Source of the DNA: Abditibacterium sp.
GTDB lineage: Bacteria; Armatimonadota; Abditibacteriia; Abditibacteriales; Abditibacteriaceae
NCBI GenBank assembly: GCA_965199495.1
Contig: CBDASK010000003.1
Coordinates: 512,001-576,000 of the forward strand
Reading direction: 5' to 3'
DNA length: 64,000 nucleotides
Shown here piece after piece: positions 8,607 through 17,390 of the stretch. How positions within the stretch are numbered: position 1 is the first letter of the stretch; each line of letters opens with the position of its first letter. A program made the translations under genes and the position numbers. The notes under the pieces are model-generated. The model was not told the origin of the DNA. It did no database searches and saw only the letters and a program-made list of their open reading frames with translations.

Positions 8607-9716
8607 CTATGGGCGCGATTTCCAAGGGATGAGCTTGCCGCTTTTATCCAAAATTTTGCCCAGAACGGAAACGTTTTTCAGACCAATGTCCATTGTCGTC
8701 ATATCGCCCATCCATTGTAGCGTGCCCTGCGGGCCGATAATAAGCGAAGACTGGCCCTCGCCCCCAACAATTTCGCTCGCCCGCAGGATGCCACCGATGA
8801 CCGTCACTACTCCCTCGCCGCTCGCTCCGGCACCGATGATTAATTTTCGACATCCTACGGTGCCGCCCAGTATATTCAGTGTGCCCTTGCCGCCACGTCC
8901 GACAATCAAATCTTCCATGAACGTGGCTCGTCCACCACTTGTCGTCCAAGTTCCGGTCGCTTTTTCGCCGTCGCCGATGACGCTCGAATTATCGGCGTTT
9001 CCCACCGCGCGGCGCGCCGCGCCCGCAGCAAAGGTGCCGCCGCTCTGCATAACTTCGCCCGTCACTGCGCCATACTCGCGCCATTGCCCGACGATCATCG
9101 GGCCGGTTTCCAGAGTTCCGCTGTGCAATTCCAGGCTGGCTTGCGCGCCGTCGTTGTTGCCCACGATGAAGGCGCGGCGATTATTGTTGTGCTGCACCAG
9201 ACCGCCGTTGATTTGAAAGTCAGTGCCTTTGCCGGCCAGCGAAACCGTTTCGCTGTTGATGATAAACGACGCTTTATCGGCGACGCTCATCTTCATCGCG
9301 CCGCCATAGGAGCCGAAGTTGATACCGCCGTTGGCCACCAAAACGCCGTTGTCGCGCAACGCCAACTCGCCCTGAGAACCGGCTTGCTGTCCGCCCGAAA
9401 GCCAGTCCCACACCCACAACCGCGCGTCCCGCCCGATGACGACGCGCCCCGCGCCCACGCGGTCGCCCTCACCTGAACCGATGTCGAGATATTTGACCGA
9501 TTCGCCTTGTAAGCGATTGTCCACCAAAGATACTGTGCCGCCGCGCACGACTTTGGCGGCGTCCTCTTTGCCGGGCAACTTGTCACCCCAGTTAGCGGCA
9601 CTGTTCCAGTCACCCGCGCCGCCCGTCCAAAATCGGTCGGCGGCCCGCGCCGCTGAAATTGTCGCAGTTAAAGTCAGGGCTACGATGCCCGCGAAAATCG
9701 AATTTTTCATCCCCAC
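8607..9716 (-). CDS. secreted Gly-rich beta-helix (autotransporter-passenger-like repeat) protein
   Basis: signal peptide, WTGGAGDWNSAANW, repeated L-x-V/I-G...G-x-L-x-x-x-GG. Confidence 0.7.
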   Translation of the reverse strand: MGMKNSIFAGIVALTLTATISAARAADRFWTGGAGDWNSAANWGDKLPGKEDAAKVVRGGTVSLVDNRLQGESVKYLDIGSGEGDRVGAGRVVIGRDARLWVWDWLSGGQQAGSQGELALRDNGVLVANGGINFGSYGGAMKMSVADKASFIINSETVSLAGKGTDFQINGGLVQHNNNRRAFIVGNNDGAQASLELHSGTLETGPMIVGQWREYGAVTGEVMQSGGTFAAGAARRAVGNADNSSVIGDGEKATGTWTTSGGRATFMEDLIVGRGGKGTLNILGGTVGCRKLIIGAGASGEGVVTVIGGILRASEIVGGEGQSSLIIGPQGTLQWMGDMTTMDIGLKNVSVLGKILDKSGKLIPWKSRP

Positions 9717-11182
9717 TCCGCCCCGGCTTGCGCTTTCATTAACTGCGCTCGGTCACCCGTCGTGACCCACCACTGCACCTTTTCTGTGGGCTTGTTCCAC
9801 ACCAACGTTGCCACGCTGCGCGCTGGCAACGTGACGCGCGCAGTTTGGCCGCTCCATTGGAGCGCCAGTGGTTTGGGAGCGACGTTTTCGTTGAGCGCGA
9901 TCAACACGTTCGAGCCATCTGGGTTCTGAAAGGCGACGGTATTCTGGTCGTCCGAAGCGATGCGGCGAGCGCCCACGCGCAGCCATTTGGCGGCATGACC
10001 CAGCGCGTAAAACTCCGAGTTGCCCTCAATATCACCGCTTTGCGCGCTCACCGTCACCACGCCGCGACAGTTGGCGCAGCCGCCGTCGAGCTTGGGGCCG
10101 AAGCCTTCGTCTAAAGCCATATTCCACTTGGCCACGGTTTTAGCCCAATTGCGCGTGGCGCCGATCACCAGATTTTTGGTGCTCCATATCAAATTATCGT
10201 CGAAGTCAGGTGCCCACGCGCCGCTCGAACATTCGGTGAAATAGATGTTTTTGTCTGGAAAGACATCGTGGACTTTCGACTGCGCGCTTACATCGCCGCC
10301 GTAGCAGTGAAACGCCGAGCCGTCCACATACTTGCGAGCCTCGTCGTTTTTCAGGACGTTGATCGCGTAACCAGGAGCGTCCCAGTTGTGATCCCAGGCG
10401 ATGATGCGCGTTTTAATGCCGTCGCGCTCGAACGCTTTGCCGACTTCGATGGCGAGTTTGGCCTCCTGCCAGTCGGGAAGTCCCATCGTCGGATAGCTGG
10501 CGTTTTCGTTCCACGGCTCATTTTGCAAGGTGACAGCACCAATTGGCACGCCTTCCGCCGCGTAAGCTTTGGCGAAACGCGCGAAATACAAACCCGCCGC
10601 TTTATAAACGGCGTCTTCGTCCCGCAGAATGCCACCAAAAAGATGGCGTCCGCGCTTTTTGAGTTTGGGATTGTCGGTCTTGATCGGGTTCTTCATCCAC
10701 GCGGGCAGACTCCACGGCGAAGCCATGATAAAAATAGTGGGATTAATGGTCAGCGACTCTTTCAAAACCGGCAAAATCGTGGCGCGATCTTTATCAATCG
10801 AGAAGTGCTTCATCTCGAAATCCTCTTCGCCCGGCGGCACATCATCGTAGGTATAATCGGACAAACGGAAATCGCTCGAACCCATCGGCTGCCGCAGAAA
10901 ACTCAGGCCCATGCCGCTTTGCGGATCGAAGAGACGCTTGAGATTATCGCGCCGCTGCGAGGGAGTCATACGGCGCATGAATAGTTCGGCGCTCGAATCG
11001 GTGAATGACGCGCCGAACCCATCCATACGCTGAAATTTCTGGCTCGAATCCACGTTAATTATCCAGACCGCGTCCTGCGCGACGGCGCGCTGAGACAGGT
11101 AAAAACCCGCGCCTACCGCGCCACACATCGCCACACAAATGCCGATTGTGGCAATGGGCGCAGTTGCAAATTTGAATTTCAT
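9707..11182 (-). CDS. glycoside hydrolase family 30
   Basis: GFGASFTDS, PMGSSDF, ASPWS, QNEP acid/base, FTEC nucleophile. Confidence 0.9.
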   Translation of the reverse strand: MKFKFATAPIATIGICVAMCGAVGAGFYLSQRAVAQDAVWIINVDSSQKFQRMDGFGASFTDSSAELFMRRMTPSQRRDNLKRLFDPQSGMGLSFLRQPMGSSDFRLSDYTYDDVPPGEEDFEMKHFSIDKDRATILPVLKESLTINPTIFIMASPWSLPAWMKNPIKTDNPKLKKRGRHLFGGILRDEDAVYKAAGLYFARFAKAYAAEGVPIGAVTLQNEPWNENASYPTMGLPDWQEAKLAIEVGKAFERDGIKTRIIAWDHNWDAPGYAINVLKNDEARKYVDGSAFHCYGGDVSAQSKVHDVFPDKNIYFTECSSGAWAPDFDDNLIWSTKNLVIGATRNWAKTVAKWNMALDEGFGPKLDGGCANCRGVVTVSAQSGDIEGNSEFYALGHAAKWLRVGARRIASDDQNTVAFQNPDGSNVLIALNENVAPKPLALQWSGQTARVTLPARSVATLVWNKPTEKVQWWVTTGDRAQLMKAQAGAEWG

Positions 11183-11219
11183 GTTGATTGAAAAGCCACC
11201 GTTTTTAATCTAAAATGCT

Positions 11220-12272
11220 TCAGTTCCTCTGCGGCGGCGCTTGCGCGGCTGCGAAAGCATCGAGCGCTGGGAGCGCGCGTCCGGCGCGGTCAAAAAGCGC
11301 GCGCCCTTCCCACGAGGAGGCGTGCCCGGCGATTGCGATCCATTCGGGCGCCCACCAAATCACGCCGCGCCCCAAATCATCAGGCAAGGCGCGCATGATG
11401 CGTATCACGGCTTCCAGATAGCGAAGTTGCCCGGCGGGCGAGGCTTCAAACTCCAGCGATTTGGCGTCGGCACCGTCCCACACGCCGCGTTGCGCCGAGG
11501 CGCCTACTTCAACCAGAACAATCGGTTTGCCGAAGGTTTCCGCCGTTCGCTTCATGTTGTCCTCGAACAGTTCGAGCACGCCGTGAAAAAAGGGATAATA
11601 ACTCTGGCCGATCAGATCGTAGGTTAGCCCGTGCGACTCGACCGCTTCGAAGAACCAACGAGTGGTTTTCCCGTCGGCGCCGCGATCGATGTGAATCATG
11701 ATTTGCGGCGAATACTCGCCCGCACCTTCGCAGACGCCGCGCGTGCCCGCTTCGATAAGCGCCGCCAAATTAGCAAAGTCGCCGTTCTGGTTCTGGGCGC
11801 CATCGGGCCACATCATGCCGTTGGTGATCTCGTTGCCGATCTGCACGATGTCGGGCATCGCGCCCTGGACGCACATCGCTTCGATGGTTTCGCGCGAATA
11901 GCGGCGCACGGTTTCGCATAACGTGGCGCCGTGCAAATTGTCCCACGCTCGCGGTTTAGGCTGATGGCCCGGATCGGCCCAGGTGTCAGAGTAGTGAATA
12001 TCGAGAATCAAAAGCATTCCCGCCGCTTTGATGCGCCGTCCCAACGTGATGGTTTGCGCCAGATCGGAAGTAAAAATATCTTCACCCGACGGATTGCACC
12101 ATAATCGTAGACGCATACAGTTGCAGCCGCGCGCGCCGAAAATCTCCAGCAGATCGCGCTTCTGGTCGCCATCGAAATAACGTTGGCCCAGGCGCTCCAT
12201 GCTCGCTAAAAGCGAGATGTCACCGCCAGTTAAAAAAGGGAGATGAGACATAAAATATGAGGGAAGTCTCAA
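11220..12272 (-). CDS. GH53 endo-1,4-beta-galactanase
   Basis: GGDIS, RLRLW, DIHYSDTWADPG, QIGNE, WWAPEW. Confidence 0.92.
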   Translation of the reverse strand: MRLPSYFMSHLPFLTGGDISLLASMERLGQRYFDGDQKRDLLEIFGARGCNCMRLRLWCNPSGEDIFTSDLAQTITLGRRIKAAGMLLILDIHYSDTWADPGHQPKPRAWDNLHGATLCETVRRYSRETIEAMCVQGAMPDIVQIGNEITNGMMWPDGAQNQNGDFANLAALIEAGTRGVCEGAGEYSPQIMIHIDRGADGKTTRWFFEAVESHGLTYDLIGQSYYPFFHGVLELFEDNMKRTAETFGKPIVLVEVGASAQRGVWDGADAKSLEFEASPAGQLRYLEAVIRIMRALPDDLGRGVIWWAPEWIAIAGHASSWEGRALFDRAGRALPALDAFAAAQAPPQRN

Positions 12273-12274
12273 TC

Positions 12275-14551
12275 CTATTTCGCGGCGGCGATGCCCACAT
12301 CAATGCCCTGTCCGCCCACCGTTTGGTGAACGTGAATCGCCCAGACATTTGCACCCGGCTTGAGCGCGGCGCGTGCCGCGTCGCTCATCGGCACAGCTCT
12401 ATAATCGCCGTCGTAATTCGGCACCGTCGCCGCCAAAACACCGTTGATGTAGATGTCGGCGTCCTCGTCGTGCTTGACCAGCAAATTCAATTTGGCGGGA
12501 ATCTCGTTGGGCAAAGTGAACTGGCGGCGCATCCAAATATCGCTGGTTTCCCACGGCGTGCGCACACCGTTCATGTTGTTACCAAAGGGCGCGTCGCCGG
12601 TTTTCCAAGCCGCATCGTTGAAATCGGTCCGGAACCAGTCGTCGGCGGGTTTATCGGTCGTGTAGTGCCACGAGAGCGGTTCGTCGTCTGATGTCGGCAC
12701 GAAATCGGGATTGGGATTAGGCGGCAACGGCAAAAATTCGCCTTTGTTGGCGGCAGCCATAATTTTGGGATCGAGCTTTGTTACCGAACGATCATAAGTC
12801 AAAGCACCGTTAATTTCCTGTTCGACATCGGTCAGTTGGGTATAAACAAAGGCGCTGGTGCCGCGATCGGCGTGCAATTTATAGGCGGTTTTCATCAGGT
12901 TTTGAAACCGTTTGGTCGCCAGCCAACTCGAACCCAGAGTCGAGCCGTAGCCCATCACGTTCGCCTCGTTTTTCCAGCGATGCCCTAAATCCGCCGTGAT
13001 ACCGCCGAATTCGCCGTTGACTGCCGCGCGCGTGGCTTCGGGTTCGTTCGACCATGGGCCGGGATAAGCGTGAGTGTCGTGAATATCGCCGACGTTTCTG
13101 TCCACCCAGCCGCTGGCGTTGTTGACCAAACGCGTCGAATCCCACTGCTTTGTCTCGGCGACCACGCGTTCGGTGTCGTGCTGGCCCCAACCTTCGTTGA
13201 ACGTCGTCCACACCACAATCGAAGGAGAGTTATAATGTTCGCGAATGATTTCTTTCCACTCGGTATCGAACTGAGTTTTGGCAGCGTCAGAAAGCGCGCC
13301 GTTTGGGCCACCGAACATCGAGGGCATATCCTGCCAGACCAACATTCCCAATTTGTCCGTCCAATAATACCAGCGATCCGGTTCGACTTTGGCGTGTTTG
13401 CGCAGCAGATTCCAACCCATATTTTTGGCAGCCACGATGTCATACTTCAGTGCATCATCGGTGGGAGCGGTGTAAATTCCGTCGGGCCAGTAGCCCTGAT
13501 CGAGCGCGCCGACCTGAAGATAAGGCTTGTTGTTCAACCCCAAAACTGTGCGGCCCTGCGCGTCTTTGACCATCGAAATTTTGCGCATCGCCGCGTAAGA
13601 ACTTACGCTGTCGGTGCCCATCTGCACCTTCACACCATATAAATGCGGCGTTTCGGGCGACCACAAAACCGAATTACTGATGGGAATCGTCAGTTCGGTA
13701 TTGGCGGTGCCTTTCTTAGTAGCGACGACTTTTGCGCCGTCGGAAACCGTGACTGTAACCGGCGCGTTAAGCGGCGCGGCGCCTTCCGAAATCACAGTGA
13801 CTCGCAGGCTGGACGCATCCACATCGGGCGCGATTTTCAGGCTTTCGATGCGCGCGGCGGGCACCGGTTCAAGCCACACGCTCTGCCAGATGCCAGTCGC
13901 GGCGGTGTAGAAGATGCCGCCTGGATGCAGACGCTGTTTGCCCAACGGCTGCGCATCAGCCACGTCGGCTTTGACCGGATTCACCACGCCGACGATTAAT
14001 TCGTTTTGTCCGGGCTTGAGTTGCGGTGTGATGTCGAACGAAAACGCGTCGTAGCCGCCGGTGTGTGCGCCAATGGATTGACCGTTGAGCATGACGCTCG
14101 CGTCGTAGTTGACGGCGCCGAAGTGCAGCAAAACGCGTTGGCCCTTCCATGCGGCGGGGACGGTAAAGCTGCGTTTATACCACAATTTCTGCGTGGGAAT
14201 CGAAGGTTTGCCCACGCCCGAAAGAGCTGATTCGTAGACAAACGGCACCAGAATCTGATCGCTCATGGCGGCGGGCGCGCTCGCCGTGGCTGCATCGGTC
14301 AATCCGTAACTCCACAAACCGTTGAGGCTTTGCCAGTTGGCGCGCGTCATTTGCGGGCGCGGATATTCGGGCAGCGCGTTTTGGGGCGAAACCTGTTTGG
14401 CCCACTGCGTTGAAAGCGAAACTGGAGCCATTTTCCACGGCGTTTGAGCATGGGCACCAAGGGCAAGAAAGCCGACGCAAAGCGGAACGGCGAGAAATGA
14501 GGTTCGAGTTGAATGCATGATTTTCATTGGATGTAAAGTGGATTCGGACAA
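12275..14551 (-). CDS. GH2 glycoside hydrolase, secreted, with C-terminal beta-sandwich
   Basis: EYPRPQ, LHFGAV, LDQGYWPDG, FNEGWG, GEFGG. Confidence 0.9.
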   Translation of the reverse strand: MSESTLHPMKIMHSTRTSFLAVPLCVGFLALGAHAQTPWKMAPVSLSTQWAKQVSPQNALPEYPRPQMTRANWQSLNGLWSYGLTDAATASAPAAMSDQILVPFVYESALSGVGKPSIPTQKLWYKRSFTVPAAWKGQRVLLHFGAVNYDASVMLNGQSIGAHTGGYDAFSFDITPQLKPGQNELIVGVVNPVKADVADAQPLGKQRLHPGGIFYTAATGIWQSVWLEPVPAARIESLKIAPDVDASSLRVTVISEGAAPLNAPVTVTVSDGAKVVATKKGTANTELTIPISNSVLWSPETPHLYGVKVQMGTDSVSSYAAMRKISMVKDAQGRTVLGLNNKPYLQVGALDQGYWPDGIYTAPTDDALKYDIVAAKNMGWNLLRKHAKVEPDRWYYWTDKLGMLVWQDMPSMFGGPNGALSDAAKTQFDTEWKEIIREHYNSPSIVVWTTFNEGWGQHDTERVVAETKQWDSTRLVNNASGWVDRNVGDIHDTHAYPGPWSNEPEATRAAVNGEFGGITADLGHRWKNEANVMGYGSTLGSSWLATKRFQNLMKTAYKLHADRGTSAFVYTQLTDVEQEINGALTYDRSVTKLDPKIMAAANKGEFLPLPPNPNPDFVPTSDDEPLSWHYTTDKPADDWFRTDFNDAAWKTGDAPFGNNMNGVRTPWETSDIWMRRQFTLPNEIPAKLNLLVKHDEDADIYINGVLAATVPNYDGDYRAVPMSDAARAALKPGANVWAIHVHQTVGGQGIDVGIAAAK

Positions 14552-14636
14552 ATTTTAGCGGACAAATGGTTTGCTGCGTTAGTGTGTGGACCAAATTGGT
14601 AAGTCAACTGAAGAGTTTGACTGACCAAAAGAACTA

Positions 14637-14652
14637 AGTTTAACGTAAAACT
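14637..14652. promoter_or_regulatory. candidate LacI-type operator AGTTTAACGTAAAACT
   Basis: CG-centred palindrome; related sites at 17210-17225, 21495-21508, 14953-14966. Confidence 0.5.
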
Positions 14653-14947
14653 AAGGGTGCATCATATAGCTGACTTTCTCTTCCAACGTCATCTGTGCGA
14701 GTAGTTCCCACGCCGTGGCCGTCTCGCGGACGTAAACGGCTTGGCCGGGATTGACCGGCGCGGCAAGAGCGCCGTTTGCCGTTAAAGTCGCCGCCCTCAG
14801 TAACAGGGTCAAGCCGCCAGCGCGAACGGCGGTTGCCGTTGGTGTTTTCCAGATCGAGCGTCGAACAATAGATTTCATGGGAAATATGAGTGAGATTTCG
14901 TGTCGTGTTTGATTCCGGTCTTTTCGGGATGATTGGGTCAGTTCCAT
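14651..14947 (-). pseudogene. truncated N-terminus of a GH3-like glycosidase
   Basis: signal-like segment, then LLAQMTLEEKV, then an early stop. Confidence 0.55.
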
Positions 14948-14978
14948 AAATTTCGCGCGTTAAAGTTAGAACGCCGCA

Positions 14979-16400
14979 TTATTGCTTCGCGTAGGAACCC
15001 CAGGTTTGTAGCCACGGCACCGGCTTAAGTTGCGCCCACGTATGAGTTTTCTCCTCGAAAACCGTGCGCCGAAAAAGTGACCCCTGCGAGCCATACCAGT
15101 TGTTGCTGCCGTAAGTCGGCTCCCACCACAGCGTACCCATCATCCAATCGTAGGGCGACATTGCCGCGAAGAATGGCGGCACAATCGCGCCGTTTTTGGC
15201 CGCGGACTCAACCACCAACGCCTGCTTTTTCGGTTGGCCTTTAAACGGCCCACTTTCGTAGCGTCCGAATCTGGGAATGCGCTCGTTGAAGTAAGTCAGA
15301 TCGTCTGTGAATTGCTTCAAGGACGCATCAATGGACGCGGGTGAATCGTCCTTGAATTCGGGCGGATAATAAGAAAAGCCCAGAATATCAACTAAATCAG
15401 ACAGTTTCACATCGCGAACGGCGACGGGCACGGCGGTGTTGAGACCCAACGTATGCCCTTTGTCGTCGTAATTCATGCGGTCGGCGTCGGGTTTATTTTC
15501 AAAGGTGCGTTCCCACGCCGAGCGATTGCGAAAGGGATTGGTCGTGCTGTGAAATGCAAAGCGCGTTTTGGCCGGATCGAAACCCACCTTTTTGATTTCG
15601 TCGCGGGCACTCAAGATTTCGCGCTTGAAGTAACCCGCATATTTGGGAAAGTTCTGGTAATGCCCGCCCGCTGTGTCGTCGTTGGGATTGGTTTTGGTAT
15701 CGCGGATGTGCATCTTACCATCGTCGCCCAGATATTGAAACAACATTCCGCTGTCGGCCTCGTTCTCCACGATAATCACATCCGGCTGCACGCCCGCCTC
15801 AAGATAAGACCGCAGCATTGCGCGTGTCGCGCCATCAATTTTATCGAGCGTTTGCACGTAATTCAAGCCCAACCAACTTTTGGGAATGTATTCGTGCCAG
15901 TTATCAACCGACCCGTCCTGCCCGAACTGCAATGTCAGCAGAATTTTAGCGCCGTCAACGTGAACTCGTTTGGCCAGCGCAAGCCGCGAAGAAGGCCTAT
16001 CGAAGTCCAGAGCGAAATTCTCTTCGCGTCCGTTCAAGTCGCGCCCATCCTTGGCGATGTTATCAGCGATTAAAGGCGCGCCGCTTTCGGGCGTTTCGTG
16101 ATAGCTGGAAAACAGGCGCCACGCGTTGAAACCATTGCGTTGCATCAGCACAATGGGATCGGTTGGTTGCCCCGCGAAATCGAGGTAAACGCGCCCCGGA
16201 ATCGCTTCCAAACGCGGAGCTGTGCTGATACACGCGCCCACATAATCAAACTTACGCGTCGGAGCATCGGGAACGGCAGCGTTTTGCGCGAAGCACGCAC
16301 CAACACTCATCAGCCACGCTGCGGTCGAGACCAAAACCAAAGAGCGAAAATTTGATTTTTGACGGGAGAACATGCGATTTTTCCAGTGGCGGCGATACAA
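14979..16400 (-). CDS. divergent GH53-like (clan GH-A) secreted hydrolase
   Basis: GFNAWRL, PDVIIVENE in place of QIGNE, DILGFSYYP, VVES, WWEP. Confidence 0.65.
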   Translation of the reverse strand: MYRRHWKNRMFSRQKSNFRSLVLVSTAAWLMSVGACFAQNAAVPDAPTRKFDYVGACISTAPRLEAIPGRVYLDFAGQPTDPIVLMQRNGFNAWRLFSSYHETPESGAPLIADNIAKDGRDLNGREENFALDFDRPSSRLALAKRVHVDGAKILLTLQFGQDGSVDNWHEYIPKSWLGLNYVQTLDKIDGATRAMLRSYLEAGVQPDVIIVENEADSGMLFQYLGDDGKMHIRDTKTNPNDDTAGGHYQNFPKYAGYFKREILSARDEIKKVGFDPAKTRFAFHSTTNPFRNRSAWERTFENKPDADRMNYDDKGHTLGLNTAVPVAVRDVKLSDLVDILGFSYYPPEFKDDSPASIDASLKQFTDDLTYFNERIPRFGRYESGPFKGQPKKQALVVESAAKNGAIVPPFFAAMSPYDWMMGTLWWEPTYGSNNWYGSQGSLFRRTVFEEKTHTWAQLKPVPWLQTWGSYAKQ

Positions 16401-16402
16401 CT

Positions 16403-17191
16403 TTACTGATACTTCGCTTCCAACTGCGCCAGGCCATCAATCAATCCGGTGCTTGGAACGTCACAATTTATATTGTTAAGTCCGTAAGTGCTGGAGCTTG
16501 AACCACACGGATCGGAGCCTTGGAGATTGCGTCCCCACATATTCATCGGAATGGTGGCGCTGACTGTGCGCGAGGGACGAAGCGCTTTGACATGTCCATC
16601 ACAAAATAAGAGGTTCATGGTTCCCAGATGAAGATCGGAGAGGGAATCTTTGATCGAGGGCGCATCCCAGTTAGTGGCCATCGCCGATCTTTGGGCCGGA
16701 TAATTACCATTGTTAATCTCACACACCCAAACTTTTTCCGATGGTTTTTGTATCACGGCGATAGATTTGGGCGCGTTGCCATAGTCATAGCTCGTGTCGG
16801 AAACACTGGCGACTTGCAGATAAGAGACGGGAATCTGCGGCTCTGGTGCTGAAGCACCCGCTTGAGTGTTTTTATTGTTGGAGTTGGAAGGACACGCAAA
16901 CACCTGAGTGCTTTTGGTGTAGGGTTGAATTTTCTGGCCGAAAGAGAGATCGCTGTTACTGTTGCTCACGGCTGGATATTGCTCGTCGTAGTCTTGCACG
17001 TATTGCAAAGCCCCCAAACCAATCTGTTTGAGATTGGACTGACACGAAGCGCGACGAGCGTTTTCGCGGGCGCGGGCGAAGACGGGAAACAGAATCGCCG
17101 CAAGAATGGCGATGATGGCAATCACAACGAGAAGTTCGATCAACGTGAATGCAGCCCTTTCAGTATGGAATGTTTTTTCGTGAAATGACAT
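16403..17191 (-). CDS. prepilin-type N-terminal cleavage/methylation + H-X9-DG (DUF1559-like) protein
   Basis: [58 protein letters not shown]. Confidence 0.93.
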   Translation of the reverse strand: MSFHEKTFHTERAAFTLIELLVVIAIIAILAAILFPVFARARENARRASCQSNLKQIGLGALQYVQDYDEQYPAVSNSNSDLSFGQKIQPYTKSTQVFACPSNSNNKNTQAGASAPEPQIPVSYLQVASVSDTSYDYGNAPKSIAVIQKPSEKVWVCEINNGNYPAQRSAMATNWDAPSIKDSLSDLHLGTMNLLFCDGHVKALRPSRTVSATIPMNMWGRNLQGSDPCGSSSSTYGLNNINCDVPSTGLIDGLAQLEAKYQ

Positions 17192-17209
17192 GAAAGTAAA
17201 TCTCCTCCA

Positions 17210-17225
17210 AGTTTATCGCTAAAGT
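17210..17225. promoter_or_regulatory. candidate LacI-type operator AGTTTATCGCTAAAGT
   Basis: CG-centred palindrome about 20 nt upstream of the prepilin gene start. Confidence 0.5.
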
Positions 17226-17390
17226 AGCGAACTGAATTTATTATACCCAGATTGCGACATTTTCAAACATTTCTGGGAAATTTTTTCGATTTTTAGAATT
17301 CGCCGTCAGCGAAAGCCATCCTTAACTGCGAACCGTAAGCGAGCAGCCACGTTCACGCCATTGAGCTTGGACGTGACAGCTCGCTCGTAC

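Noticed and set aside
17339..17384. Imperfect hairpin downstream of the GH2 gene as a riboswitch for the prepilin gene
   Set aside because: No recognisable aptamer; more likely a degenerate REP or terminator.
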